IMG/VR virus record: IMGVR_UViG_3300020197_000017
Coordinates: 4,793-68,792 of that record
DNA: 64,000 bases
Direction: 5' to 3' (one strand)
Origin: a virus
Lineage: Duplodnaviria > Caudoviricetes
Shown here: positions 29,300-39,181 of the stretch, piece by piece
How positions within the stretch are numbered: position 1 is the first letter of the stretch
Layout of the letters: each line of letters opens with the position of its first letter
The notes under the pieces: generated by a model
Seen by the model: the letters and a program-made list of their open reading frames with translations, nothing else
Told to the model about the DNA's origin: nothing
Databases searched by the model: none
Program-made: the position numbers and the translations under genes

Positions 29300-29760
29300 T
29301 CGATCTCCTTCTGGTAGGAGCGAAGAAGTTGTTCAAACCACCCGCGGGGTACAACGACGAACTGCTCGTTCAGGTTGTCCTCGAAGGCGATGCTCATGAC
29401 GGGGATCTCGTCCCCCTGGGCCGCCGCAGCGATCTTGCGTAAGTCGGCCCGCTTCAGGACGTATGACGTCTTTCCCGTGGTCTTGTCCTCCTCGCGGAGC
29501 AGTCCACGCACCTTCACATCGCCCTTGTCTCTCCCCGCGCCCGAGTTCGCGGTGACCCGGCCGCCGACGCTGCGCGCGTTGAAGCGCTCCTGTCGGTCAG
29601 ACCGACTCCGCGTGGTCGGTTCGGCAGACCGGCGCGTCTGCTCCTGGGTCGAGAAGGCGTCGAACTCGCGCTCGCAGTCGCGGCAGCAGAGCGAGCTCGC
29701 GGAGACTGGGCTTTCGCGCAGTCTCCGCGAGCCGCAGAACGGACAGACCCTCGAGGGCAT
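29296..29760 (-). CDS. Hjc-like PD-(D/E)XK nuclease with N-terminal Zn ribbon
   Basis: CPFC...CRDC; QE...NSGAGRDKGDV...EEDKTT pattern of phage resolvases. Confidence 0.7.
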   Translation of the reverse strand: MPSRVCPFCGSRRLRESPVSASSLCCRDCEREFDAFSTQEQTRRSAEPTTRSRSDRQERFNARSVGGRVTANSGAGRDKGDVKVRGLLREEDKTTGKTSYVLKRADLRKIAAAAQGDEIPVMSIAFEDNLNEQFVVVPRGWFEQLLRSYQKEIE

Positions 29761-29765
29761 GGGCT

Positions 29766-30959
29766 TCAGAAGGCCTGCGCCACGCCGTGGAAGCGGTACA
29801 GCGCCTCGATCAGCTCGTCCTCGATGCCAGCGAGTCCGATGGTCGCCGCCGCCTTATCCTTGCCGTTGCCCAGGACCAGGCCGCTGTACGAGTAGGAGTT
29901 CGCGTTCTTGTCGATGATGTCCGCGTCCACGCACAGGCGCAGCAGGAGCTCGCCCATGTCGATGTCGCCGCGCCCGAACACGTAGTTGTACTGCCCGGTG
30001 TGCCCCTCGTGACCGCCCGCCTTCTGCTTGGTGATCTCCCACCTGATCGTCTTGCCGATGCGCTCCTTGTCCTCGTCACTCCCGCGAGTGACCCAGCCGG
30101 TGCGCGCGATCTCGACCGTGAGGAAGCGTGCGTGCTTGAGCGCCCACCCACCGCTCTCGTGCGTCTGCTTCTCGAAGGGCTGCGCCTTCATCTTGTCGCG
30201 GACCTGGTTGATGCCGACGAAGCAGGTGAGGTTCGGGTTCCCCTTACCGTCCGCGCTGAAGGCCGCCGTGAGCTTGCGCATCAGCTTCGTGTTGAGCCCC
30301 GCGGGACCGCCTACGCGGCTGTCCTTGTCGAAGCCCTGCTCCTCCTCGGCGTCGGTCAGGATGGCGCCGAACGAGTCGAGCGCGACGATGTTGAAGTCGC
30401 CGCTGCCCACGAGCTCCACTGCGATCTCGAAGGACTCCTCGGCCGTGCTGGGCGGCACGACCACGAAGGTGCCGATCTGCTCCTGCATCGCGGCACGCTC
30501 GTCCGCGGTGAGCGACGGTTTCCGCAGCCTCAGGCGGCGCTCGTTCTCCTTCTCGATCTCCGCCCCGGAGAGTGCGACCTTCACGCCACAGAGCTGCCCC
30601 TGCGTCTTGTCGTAGGGCAGCTCGGTACCGATGACCGCGATCGCGCAGTCCGCCCCGTAGAGACGCTGCTGGTTGCGGATGAGACGGTTGAGGAGGAAGT
30701 TCTTCCCCTCGCCCGGCTTGCCCACGAGCATCGTCATGCCGCCGGCAGGGGCACCTCCCCCGGTTCGAATGTCTAGGTCTGGGATGCCGAAGGGCAGGCG
30801 GCGCATCGCCCACGGCATCGTGTACTCGTCGCCCATCATCACGTGACCGGGGTACTTCCCCTTGAGCGTGGCGACGAGGCTGCGGAGCCGCGTCTCCTTC
30901 TCGGACATCGGCGCCGGCAGCACGGGCCCGTCAGCGTCGGTGGTCTTGCGTCGCGCCAT
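29766..30959 (-). CDS. recA: RecA/UvsX-family recombinase
   Basis: LDIRTGGGAPAG, Walker A GKPGEGKN, Walker B VALDS, INQVRDK, ESGGWALKH. Confidence 0.92.
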   Translation of the reverse strand: MARRKTTDADGPVLPAPMSEKETRLRSLVATLKGKYPGHVMMGDEYTMPWAMRRLPFGIPDLDIRTGGGAPAGGMTMLVGKPGEGKNFLLNRLIRNQQRLYGADCAIAVIGTELPYDKTQGQLCGVKVALSGAEIEKENERRLRLRKPSLTADERAAMQEQIGTFVVVPPSTAEESFEIAVELVGSGDFNIVALDSFGAILTDAEEEQGFDKDSRVGGPAGLNTKLMRKLTAAFSADGKGNPNLTCFVGINQVRDKMKAQPFEKQTHESGGWALKHARFLTVEIARTGWVTRGSDEDKERIGKTIRWEITKQKAGGHEGHTGQYNYVFGRGDIDMGELLLRLCVDADIIDKNANSYSYSGLVLGNGKDKAAATIGLAGIEDELIEALYRFHGVAQAF

Positions 30960-31113
30960 CCCTCTTCTCCCACGGCTCGGTGCCGCACTGGGGGCAGTGC
31001 GGGGTGAGTCCGTTGTAGTTGACCTTGTTGGAGCCGCACTGGGGGCAGGGGCGCCCCTTCAGGTTGGCGATCTTCTCGTTCTCGTCGTCGAGGACGACAC
31101 CGTACTTGTCCAC
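30931..31113 (-). CDS. Small Zn-ribbon protein
   Basis: CPQCG...HCPQCG; AGGAGG upstream of GTG. Confidence 0.75.
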   Translation of the reverse strand: MDKYGVVLDDENEKIANLKGRPCPQCGSNKVNYNGLTPHCPQCGTEPWEKRDGATQDHRR

Positions 31114-31140
31114 ACGAACCTCCTGCGGCGTGTGAGTACA

Positions 31141-31455
31141 CTAACCCGATCGGAGCACGTCCGTGAGCTTTCGACGCAAGGACCTTACCGGACGGATCGA
31201 CAGGATGATCCTCGGTACTGGTGCGTAGGAGGTCTCTTGCGGATCCAGGAGTCCCGGCCCCTTCTTCTTGACGGCGCGGCGGTAGGTACGCACCGACGGT
31301 ACGACGCGGAAGAGGCCGCGGAACACGACCTCCCCCTGCTGCAGGAGCTCGCCCTCGACAAGCTGCTCGAGCTCGTCGAGGACGTGCGCCACCACGCCCG
31401 GGTGGTAGCCCGTGCGCTTCGCGATGGCGTCGCGCATCTTGGCCCGGGTCAGCAT
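31141..31455 (-). CDS. HU/IHF-like DNA-binding protein
   Basis: MLTRAKMRDAIAKRTG...GEVVFRGLFRV...IRPVRSLR follows the HU fold pattern. Confidence 0.8.
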   Translation of the reverse strand: MLTRAKMRDAIAKRTGYHPGVVAHVLDELEQLVEGELLQQGEVVFRGLFRVVPSVRTYRRAVKKKGPGLLDPQETSYAPVPRIILSIRPVRSLRRKLTDVLRSG

Positions 31456-32091
31456 CTACTTGTCGTCGGCGCGTTCGAGCACCCGGCGCTCTTCTTCCAG
31501 GTCGCGCTGGTCGAAGCGAACACCGTCGTACTTCTCCGGGAAGCGCACACGCAGCTTCGCGATGTTCCGCCGCATCACCTGCAGGGGGTCGATCTCGACG
31601 GCCTCGCAGAGCGTGCACGCCTCGTCGTACACGTCGAACAGGCGCTGCGCGACGTCCTCCGGCTTCGGCGGCTTGGCGTGGATCGCGTCCCGGCGGACCA
31701 GGTCGCCCCACTCGCAGATGGCCGCGATGAGCGGCTCCCCGGTGCGCGCCTCGTTCCGCATGAACGACGTCGAGGGTGCGCGTGCGGGCATGCTGGTGAA
31801 CCCGCATGCCCGCATCGCGACGGCCCAGTACCAGAAGACGTCGCCGACCTCCTCGGCGACGTTCACCCAGTCGCACTTCCGCAGGGCGGCCTGCAGCTCC
31901 ACGATCTCGGTCATCATCCCGAGCGCGCTGTGGAGCAGGCGCATCTTCAACTCGCCGGTGATGCCGGGGAAGCTCGCGAGGGCGAACCTGTGGTCGCCGG
32001 ATACGTACACCTCCTGCCTCACCTCGAAGTGCGGTACCTTCTCGGTCCGCACGGCCGCGTCGATGTACTCGACGGTATCGCTGTTGATCAC
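31456..32091 (-). CDS. MazG-like all-alpha NTP pyrophosphohydrolase
   Basis: LLHSALGMMTEIVE, EEVGDVFWY, NIAKLRVRFPEKY; GTGA overlap start at 32091. Confidence 0.8.
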   Translation of the reverse strand: MINSDTVEYIDAAVRTEKVPHFEVRQEVYVSGDHRFALASFPGITGELKMRLLHSALGMMTEIVELQAALRKCDWVNVAEEVGDVFWYWAVAMRACGFTSMPARAPSTSFMRNEARTGEPLIAAICEWGDLVRRDAIHAKPPKPEDVAQRLFDVYDEACTLCEAVEIDPLQVMRRNIAKLRVRFPEKYDGVRFDQRDLEEERRVLERADDK

Positions 32092-32780
32092 GGCTTCTCC
32101 TCGGGAGGGGTGTAGGGGACGTAGTTGTCGCGGTAGGACCGCGGGTCCGGACCGCGGCCACACAGGTGCTCGAACATCTGCTCGTACCAACGAGCCTTCA
32201 TCTCGTCCTCGTCCGCCGGACCCTTCAGCCCCTTGCGGTCGCGGTACTTGAAGGCACAGGATGCGCAGTGGACCGCGAACGCGGCGTCCGCCACGCTGCA
32301 GCCCGTGGCCAGGGCGTCCGCGAGCCAGTCACTGGCCTGATCACGGATGCGGTCGATCGTCTCCCGCCCGGCGGCGCTGTAGCGCGTCGGCGCCACGTTG
32401 AAGCCGGTGTTGTCGTCGCCGCTCGCCGGGCTTCCGACGCGAACGAACGCCTCACCCGCGTTCTGCGAGATGACCTGCTGCGGCACCGCAGGCTGCTTGA
32501 AGTCCTCGAAGGACTCCATCCCCTCCCACGTGTGGACCCGGGCCCGCTTCTTTCCCGTCGGGGTCGGCGTGTCCCCGACGTAGACGATCTCCTGCTCCTG
32601 CTGGAGGCGCATGGAGTCGGAGGGGAGGCGGACCTCCACCTCCTCTTCCTTCGCGGGGTCCAGGTGCTTCAACGTGAAGCAGAGCCGCACGTTCTTGATG
32701 CCGGTGCGTGCGTCGCCGCTCATCATCATCTCGTCCGCGAACCCCTCGTACGGAGCCCACTCCTTGTGCTCTGCCATCAT
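32088..32780 (-). CDS. Protein with C-terminal DUF3310-like domain
   Basis: PTRYSAAGRETID...AFKYRDRKGLKG..EDEMKARWY; ATGA overlap with the polymerase stop. Confidence 0.65.
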   Translation of the reverse strand: MMAEHKEWAPYEGFADEMMMSGDARTGIKNVRLCFTLKHLDPAKEEEVEVRLPSDSMRLQQEQEIVYVGDTPTPTGKKRARVHTWEGMESFEDFKQPAVPQQVISQNAGEAFVRVGSPASGDDNTGFNVAPTRYSAAGRETIDRIRDQASDWLADALATGCSVADAAFAVHCASCAFKYRDRKGLKGPADEDEMKARWYEQMFEHLCGRGPDPRSYRDNYVPYTPPEEKP

Positions 32781-35299
32781 CCCTTCCCTTCGCCCCAGTT
32801 CGGGGCGTCCTTGACGTCCACGAGGATGGGGACCCGCATGTTGAACGGGTTCTCCATCAGCTTCTTGATCCTCGACTTCGCCGAGGCCACGACCTCTGGG
32901 ATGTCCGGGACCTCCCAGATCAGCTCGTCGTGCACCTGCATGAGCATGCGCGCTCCGAGCTGGCGCAACTCCACGTCGCCCTCGCACCGGTCCATGGCCT
33001 CATTGCAGATGTCCGCCGCGGAGCCCTGGATGCGGCTGTTCGGCGCCTGCCGCTCCGCCTGGGCCTTGCGCTGCCTGTCGTTCGAGATAATGTCCGGTAG
33101 GCGGCGCGGATGTCCGAGCACCGTGTAGACCACCAGGTCCTGCTCGCACTGGCCCCGCGTCTCCTCGATGAAGCGACCGACTCCTGGGAAGATCTCCCAG
33201 AGGTAGCGGTCGATCAGGTCCTGCGCCTCCGGGCAGGTGTCGCGAGGGGGCTGACCCTTCTTGCCCGGACGCTTCACGATGGGCAGGCCGAGCTGCATGC
33301 CCAGTTTCAGCGCGCCGATGCCGTACACGATACCGAAGCCGGTACCCTTGAGCGCCTTTCGGGCGTCAACGAGCAGCTCCTCGCGTGCGGTCAGCTTGTA
33401 GCCCTCCTTGTCCTCAGCGTCCTTGGCGGCCTTGGCCTCCTCGTACGTGATGCCCTTCGGCAGCCCGGCGGCGCCCAGCATGGAGGCGAGCGCCACGGTC
33501 TTGCAGTGCAGGTCCTGCTTCGACCGAATCGCCTCGATCATCGCGTCGTCCTTACTGAAGTGCGCGAGGATGCACATCTCCAGCTGCTTGAAGTCGGCGA
33601 CGATCAGCCGCATCGGGAAGTCCGGATCGAGGTCCGGAGGCTCGACGTTCCGCAAGTGCGGCAGGCAGATGTCCGGAGACACGTCGCCCCAGCGCCCGGC
33701 GATGAACAGCCGGCGGATGAGCTTGCCCCACTTGCCCTTCGCCGGGATGTTCTGGAGGTTCGGGTCGTTCGACGAGAGTCGCCAGGTACGCGCGCCGCCG
33801 GCGTTCAGCGAGGTGTGGATGCGCTGGAGGCGGTCGACCCACTGGGGCAGCCCCTCCATGTAGTCGCTGGCGAGCTTGCGGAACTGCCGGTGCTCGCGGA
33901 TGAGGATCGACAGCGGGTGTCCCTTGCCCGCGAGCTCCTCCAGCACCTCCTTGTCGGTGCTGGGCGTCTTGTTGGCGGCCGTCGAGCCCTTCGTGTACTT
34001 CTTGGGCGGGTCCCCGAACGGGTCGAACCAGCGCCCCTGGGAGTCCTGCTCGAACAGCTTCGAGAGCAGCTGGTCCGTGCTGCGTGGGTTGAACGACAGG
34101 TCCCCCGTCTCCTTCACGATCGCGCGCTCGATGCGGTCCAGCTCCTTCTGCATGTCCACGGCGTACGCGTGGGTCTGCTCGACGTCGATCCTGAAGCCTC
34201 GACGTTCGAGGTTCCAGAGGATCTGGGAGAAGCGGGTGCGTCGCTCCTCGTAGTGGTCGAGCAGGTAGACGGGGTCTGCCCTCCCGGCGGCCACATCTTC
34301 CGTGATCATCGCCATGTCCTCACCGGCGAGGAGCTCGCGCATGCGATCGACCAGCTGGTGTGAACCCCAGGCGTCGAGGCTGGCGTAGTCGGCGGTGCTC
34401 TCCCGCAGCATCTCGACAGGGTCCCCAGAGATGCCGGTCTGCGCGAGCAGGTGGTCGTGCACGCGCTGGGTCACCTCGCGCAGGTTGTCGTCGTCCTCCG
34501 TGAGCGGAACGAGGGCCTTCCGCTCCTTCGAGGGCCACTCACCCGCATTGCCCAGCAGCTCCATGAACTCGGAGACGTAACGGTGGGCACCCGAGTGCGA
34601 CTCGACGAGTCCGTGCTCCTCGGCGATGCTGACGACCTGCCGTGGCGTGAGCGTGCACGTCCGCGCCTTCAGTGACAGGTGGAGGCGCTTCAGGTCGTTG
34701 AGCACCGCGGGGTCGCCCTCGACTCGCTTCAGGCGGAGGAGGACATCACGGGCCCACGCCTGCGCCGCCGCGCGCTCGCCCTCGTAGTCGTTCAGCTCGA
34801 GGATGTCGTGGATCTCGCACAGGGTCCGGACTTCTTCGTCCTTACCGCCGGCGCTTCCGAACACCTCCTTGAACGGGGTCATGCGGAGGCCGAGGTACTC
34901 GTGCGCGCACGACTTCAAGCCGTGGTTGCCCTGGCGGTTCTCGTCGATGCAGAAGTCCATGTCGATGGTATCGACGATGTGCCCGCGCAGGCGGATGCCG
35001 TGGTTGGCGAGCAGGTGTTGGTCGTACTGCGAGTTCGACAGGCGCTTCTCGATGGACTCGTCCTCGAGCAGCTCTGCGAACACGGGCAGCAGTCGGACGG
35101 GAGCGCAGATGCGCGCCTCCCTGACTGCGAGCGAAAAGAATCGGATGCGGTCGCGCACGATGTCGAGCCCAGTGGTCTCGGTGTCAACACCGAGCCCCTG
35201 GTAGCGGCCTTCGCTCTCGAAGAGCGCACGCCACTGCTGGGCTTCCCGTACTGTGGAGGTGTACACAGGCACCGGGGTGCGCACGATGCGAAAGCTCAT
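32777..35299 (-). CDS. polA: Family A DNA polymerase (3'-5' exonuclease plus polymerase)
   Basis: DTETTGL, YASLDA, RLSSNDPNLQNIP, ADFKQLE, K...FGIVYG, IQGSAAD, QVHDEL. Confidence 0.97.
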   Translation of the reverse strand: MSFRIVRTPVPVYTSTVREAQQWRALFESEGRYQGLGVDTETTGLDIVRDRIRFFSLAVREARICAPVRLLPVFAELLEDESIEKRLSNSQYDQHLLANHGIRLRGHIVDTIDMDFCIDENRQGNHGLKSCAHEYLGLRMTPFKEVFGSAGGKDEEVRTLCEIHDILELNDYEGERAAAQAWARDVLLRLKRVEGDPAVLNDLKRLHLSLKARTCTLTPRQVVSIAEEHGLVESHSGAHRYVSEFMELLGNAGEWPSKERKALVPLTEDDDNLREVTQRVHDHLLAQTGISGDPVEMLRESTADYASLDAWGSHQLVDRMRELLAGEDMAMITEDVAAGRADPVYLLDHYEERRTRFSQILWNLERRGFRIDVEQTHAYAVDMQKELDRIERAIVKETGDLSFNPRSTDQLLSKLFEQDSQGRWFDPFGDPPKKYTKGSTAANKTPSTDKEVLEELAGKGHPLSILIREHRQFRKLASDYMEGLPQWVDRLQRIHTSLNAGGARTWRLSSNDPNLQNIPAKGKWGKLIRRLFIAGRWGDVSPDICLPHLRNVEPPDLDPDFPMRLIVADFKQLEMCILAHFSKDDAMIEAIRSKQDLHCKTVALASMLGAAGLPKGITYEEAKAAKDAEDKEGYKLTAREELLVDARKALKGTGFGIVYGIGALKLGMQLGLPIVKRPGKKGQPPRDTCPEAQDLIDRYLWEIFPGVGRFIEETRGQCEQDLVVYTVLGHPRRLPDIISNDRQRKAQAERQAPNSRIQGSAADICNEAMDRCEGDVELRQLGARMLMQVHDELIWEVPDIPEVVASAKSRIKKLMENPFNMRVPILVDVKDAPNWGEGKG

Positions 35300-35337
35300 G
35301 CGGTCTTACCTCGTGGAAGTGTGGGGCTTATGGCACG

Positions 35338-35374
35338 CGCAGGGGCGTGGTGCATGTCACACCACGCCCCTGCG
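35338..35374. promoter_or_regulatory. Perfect 15-bp stem-loop between SSB-like gene and DNA polymerase, no U tract
   Basis: CGCAGGGGCGTGGTG/CACCACGCCCCTGCG with a 7-nt loop; adjacent to an ATAAG motif. Confidence 0.65.
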
Positions 35375-35380
35375 GCTCAC

Positions 35381-36727
35381 CTACTCGCGGACGCGGCGCC
35401 GGCGCGGCGGCTCGTCGTCCTCGTCACGGCCGCGGCCGCGCGGCTCGTCCTCGGGCACGTCCTCGTCATCACGGTCACGGCCCCGACCGCGCGGCGCGTC
35501 CTCGTAGTCGTGGTTCCGTCCACGACCCCGCGGCTCCTCGTCCTCCTCGGACTTGCCGCCGTAGCGCTTGTACTTGCCCGGTCCCGCGGTGCTCGGGAAC
35601 GGGTTCTTACACCCGAGCTTGTCCGCAATCCAGTCGTTGTCGTGGGGCGCATGGACCTTCTCGAAGTCCCACTGCGCCAGGGCGTTCTTGCGGATGTCCC
35701 CGTCCTCGGTGAACACCCAGTTCCCGGTTCCCTCGTCGAGCTTCGGGAAGTACTCCTTGCCGTCCTTCTCCCACTCGATCATGTACTCTCCGTTCGGGAG
35801 CTGGTACTGGTCGAGCGGCGTGATCTTCTTGATCACGATGTGGGAGTTGGTACCCTCACCCTCCTTGCGGATGGTGGCCACGACGTCGAAGGCCGTCAGC
35901 GGCTCCGGTCGCTTGCACCTGTTGCAGGAGTTCTCGGGCACGGGGATGCCTACGTGCTTGCACTTCTTGCAGCGGCTGCGCTCGACGGCGAAGGCCGCGA
36001 TCTCCTTGCGGCCCATGTCGTCCTTCTCGACGTCGGCGAGCTCGGCGCCGCACTTCTCGCAGAAGAACGCCACCGGGCTGAGGTCACCGCCGCAGCGGCA
36101 GAACTTCCCGGCCTGCTCGTCGATCGCCGAGAGCTCGTCCCGGTGCCCGGAGCCGAGCTCGACGTATTTCTTCTGGAAGAAGCGGACGGTGCCCTCCTCG
36201 ACGTACCGGTCGAGGTCCTTGAGGATGCGGTTGCGGTCGCTGGGCTTCTCGACCAGCTCCCAGACCAGCACGGGCTTGCCGCGCTTCTCGCCCTCCTCGT
36301 ACTTCACGGTACGCCCGTCGCGCACGAGCGGGACCCGCTCGTAGAGGCCGAAGTGCAGGAGGCCGAAGGAGAAGGTGTTCTTGATGCTGATGCGCCCGTC
36401 GCCCTCGGCCTGGCGCTTGCAGTGCAGGCAATCCTTCTCGCCCGCGTCGATGTTGCACCGGCCGGTGTAGTAGGAGCCCTTGCCCTGGGGCTTGAGCTTC
36501 ACCCCGTGCATCTTGCAGGTGTGGAAGTGGGCCAGGCCGACCTCGCCGGTCTCCTCGTCCACGTCCGCGGGATTCGGGTAGGCGCCGCGGGTGAGGAGTA
36601 TGTCCTCGAAGTCGGCCTTGGGGATATCGTAGCGGTCCCGCCAGCTCCCCACCCAGCCATTGCCCTTGCCCTTCTGCTCACGGTTGATCACCGAGCGGCG
36701 CAGGCCGCTCACACGTTGAGTACTCAT
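35381..36727 (-). CDS. Probable ssDNA-binding / replication accessory protein with several CxxC pairs and PRGRGR/acidic tail
   Basis: Sits between primase and polymerase; H..C..H / C..C pattern recalls gp32-like SSBs; charged disordered tail. Confidence 0.55.
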   Translation of the reverse strand: MSTQRVSGLRRSVINREQKGKGNGWVGSWRDRYDIPKADFEDILLTRGAYPNPADVDEETGEVGLAHFHTCKMHGVKLKPQGKGSYYTGRCNIDAGEKDCLHCKRQAEGDGRISIKNTFSFGLLHFGLYERVPLVRDGRTVKYEEGEKRGKPVLVWELVEKPSDRNRILKDLDRYVEEGTVRFFQKKYVELGSGHRDELSAIDEQAGKFCRCGGDLSPVAFFCEKCGAELADVEKDDMGRKEIAAFAVERSRCKKCKHVGIPVPENSCNRCKRPEPLTAFDVVATIRKEGEGTNSHIVIKKITPLDQYQLPNGEYMIEWEKDGKEYFPKLDEGTGNWVFTEDGDIRKNALAQWDFEKVHAPHDNDWIADKLGCKNPFPSTAGPGKYKRYGGKSEEDEEPRGRGRNHDYEDAPRGRGRDRDDEDVPEDEPRGRGRDEDDEPPRRRRVRE

Positions 36728-37727
36728 GGTACAGATGTCTCCACTGACGCATTGTTAGAGGCCGCCCGAGTGCCTCGTCGATTTCGGTCTTATTCAAGTC
36801 GTCGGGTTGCAACTTGAGTTCTGGACAGGGATAGCGCATGACCGTTACGTCCATCCCACGGAGCCTATAACCGATCTTGGACGTTCCTATACGCCCCCAA
36901 CGGTCATTATCGAGGCATAGAACCACGTTTGTTCCGAGACGCTCCAGGAACATTTGCTGCGTGTCGCTCATGCTCGTGCCCATCAGCGCCACCGTGTTGT
37001 AGTAGCCCTGCTGCACCAGCCAGAGGCACGCCTTGTAGCCCTCTGCGACGTAGATCGGACCAGGATCTTCCTGGCGGTGGTAGATGCCGGGGTAGACCTT
37101 CTCCCACCGCCAGAAGAAGCGCCTGTTGTTGATATGGTAGTTCTTGAATCCCATCTCCACGAGCTCCCGCTCGTAGACGCGGTATTTTCCACCTCCTCCA
37201 GGGTCGTTGGGTTTGCCGATGATCCCTGCGAGCGTACCGTGTAGGTCCCGCAAGACGTAGGTCGTCCGGCCTCGTTCGACGTCCACTCCGACGTCGTTGT
37301 CGACGAGCACTGTCTCCTTGAACCCCGCATCCACCAGCTCCGACGGGACGTACTCAAAGAGACCGAGGATCTTCTCCGGTAGGGGGTAGCTGGTGATGAA
37401 GATGCCCCCACTCGAGATGCTGGTACGTTTCTTCTGGCTCGGTGCCACCAGGAACGGGCGTACCCGCTCCATGGTCCGGTCGATGTAGCTGTCCGACTTC
37501 TTGAGGCGCTTCAACAGTTGCGGAAGGCCACCGGCCCCGCAACCCGCGAAACAGTGCCACTGGCCGGTCTCCTCATTGAAGCTGAAGGAGGGTGATGAAC
37601 GCCCCGGCTCCTCGCCGTGGATCGGACAGAACCCGATCCAGTTGCCCCCTGCTCCCTGTCGAAGCCCCGCAACGAATGTCGACGCGACTGAGATGACCGG
37701 CCCGCTGTTCTGGGCCTGTGCTGCCAT
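36678..37727 (-). CDS. dnaG: DNA primase (CHC2 zinc finger plus TOPRIM)
   Basis: CPIH...SPSF...WHCFAGC; YVAEG; LCLDNDRWG. Confidence 0.92.
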   Translation of the reverse strand: MAAQAQNSGPVISVASTFVAGLRQGAGGNWIGFCPIHGEEPGRSSPSFSFNEETGQWHCFAGCGAGGLPQLLKRLKKSDSYIDRTMERVRPFLVAPSQKKRTSISSGGIFITSYPLPEKILGLFEYVPSELVDAGFKETVLVDNDVGVDVERGRTTYVLRDLHGTLAGIIGKPNDPGGGGKYRVYERELVEMGFKNYHINNRRFFWRWEKVYPGIYHRQEDPGPIYVAEGYKACLWLVQQGYYNTVALMGTSMSDTQQMFLERLGTNVVLCLDNDRWGRIGTSKIGYRLRGMDVTVMRYPCPELKLQPDDLNKTEIDEALGRPLTMRQWRHLYHEYSTCERPAPLGDQP

Positions 37728-37732
37728 GTTGT

Positions 37733-39181
37733 TCAGTCCCTGAGTCTGGTTGACACTCTCTTGCGCGTACCGGACTTGTTCCGGAAGCGGTCCGAGGGCG
37801 CAGCACTTCCCTCGCCGCTGCCACCGCCAGCGCCTCCCGAGGCGCGCTCCTCCTCCTCGTCGCTCGACATCTTGTCTTCCAGGAAGGCGGCGACATCCAC
37901 CGTGCCCTGGAGTAGGGAGAAGTCCTTCCCGGGGTGCGCGTTGATGACGAAGGGGTTGAGCACCGCGTCACGCGTACCTGGGAACGTGAACATGATCTTG
38001 GGCTTCCCGGTCGCGAGGTTGCGCGCCTTGAAGACCCGCATCAGCAGGTCGGTGTCCTGCCCGATGGCGTCGGCGTACCCGACCTCGTCCGTGTCGTCGC
38101 CCATGGTCTTGGACGCTCCGCGGTTCGCCTGGGTCGTGCCGACCACGGGCACCTGAAGCGCCTGCGCCATCGCCTTCAGGTCCGACGAGATGTTCGAGAT
38201 CTGCTTCCATTCCCGGCTGCGCTGGTTCGTGCGCCCATCGCGCATCAGGTAGAACCCGTCGACGATGATGAGGTCGGCTCCGAAGCGCTCCGCCTCCGCC
38301 GAGATGAGGTCGACCGTCGCACCCTTCGACCCGCTGCTCAGCTTCCGGTCGCTGAGGAAGGTCATGGCCGCCTTCTTCCCGCCCTCTCGCGCGCCGGACT
38401 TCTCCCAGTCCTCCAGGCCCTCCAGGGTGTCGAAGAACCGGCGCTCGTCCTGCGCGGAGAGGGTGCCACTCTTCACCTCCTCGTAGTCGACCTCGGCGAT
38501 GATGGCTGCCGCACGCCGGACGAGGATCTTGTCAGCCATCTCCTTCGAGTACACGAGCACCCTGTACCCGGCCATGTAGGCGTAGACCGCGATGGCCAGC
38601 GCCACCCAGGTCTTCATCTGCTTCGGCCGTGCGTAGATGACGATGAAGTCCTCGTTCTGCATCCCCGCAGTCGCCTTGTTGAGGGGCGCCCAAGGGAAGG
38701 GGATGCCAGTGATCCCACCAGCCTCCTGCATCCTGTCGTAGTCCTCACGCAGGAGCTTGGCGGCGGTCGACATCATGAGGTGCTTGCTGGAGCTGCCCTG
38801 CAAGCCCAACTCACGTAGTTGGGGAAGGTATGCGCCGAGGATGACCTGCGGGTCCTCCCCCTCGTCGAGCAGGCTGTCCACCTCCTCGACCAGTGTGCGG
38901 ATCTCGGCCTTCACGTTGTTGTCGATCACCTCCTTCATCAGGGCCTCGATCGGGTCCCTGGAGGGGTGGTAGTCGAACTCGGGGAAGACGCGCCGGACCC
39001 TCTCCAGGCTCGGGACGACACCAGGGGCCCGCGGGTCCGAGAAGGCCGCGGTGAGCCAGCGGTACATCTCCCGCGCCTCTTCCGTCTGCAGGTACGCCGC
39101 GTTGAACCCGGACCGCCGAAGTGACGAGAGGTCCCCATCCCGGATAATGTTCGAGATGAGGGTCAGTTCCGCATTCGGCAT
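37733..39181 (-). CDS. dnaB: DnaB-like replicative helicase
   Basis: ITGIPFPW..LN, ARPKQMKT, SKEM, IIVDGFYLM, ISSDLKAMA, TQANR, AIGQDTD. Confidence 0.92.
   Translation of the reverse strand: MPNAELTLISNIIRDGDLSSLRRSGFNAAYLQTEEAREMYRWLTAAFSDPRAPGVVPSLERVRRVFPEFDYHPSRDPIEALMKEVIDNNVKAEIRTLVEEVDSLLDEGEDPQVILGAYLPQLRELGLQGSSSKHLMMSTAAKLLREDYDRMQEAGGITGIPFPWAPLNKATAGMQNEDFIVIYARPKQMKTWVALAIAVYAYMAGYRVLVYSKEMADKILVRRAAAIIAEVDYEEVKSGTLSAQDERRFFDTLEGLEDWEKSGAREGGKKAAMTFLSDRKLSSGSKGATVDLISAEAERFGADLIIVDGFYLMRDGRTNQRSREWKQISNISSDLKAMAQALQVPVVGTTQANRGASKTMGDDTDEVGYADAIGQDTDLLMRVFKARNLATGKPKIMFTFPGTRDAVLNPFVINAHPGKDFSLLQGTVDVAAFLEDKMSSDEEEERASGGAGGGSGEGSAAPSDRFRNKSGTRKRVSTRLRD

Noticed and set aside
29766-39181. 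Inteins or introns in RecA, PolA, DnaB
   Set aside because: No C/S...HN splice motifs or LAGLIDADG blocks seen; frames continuous
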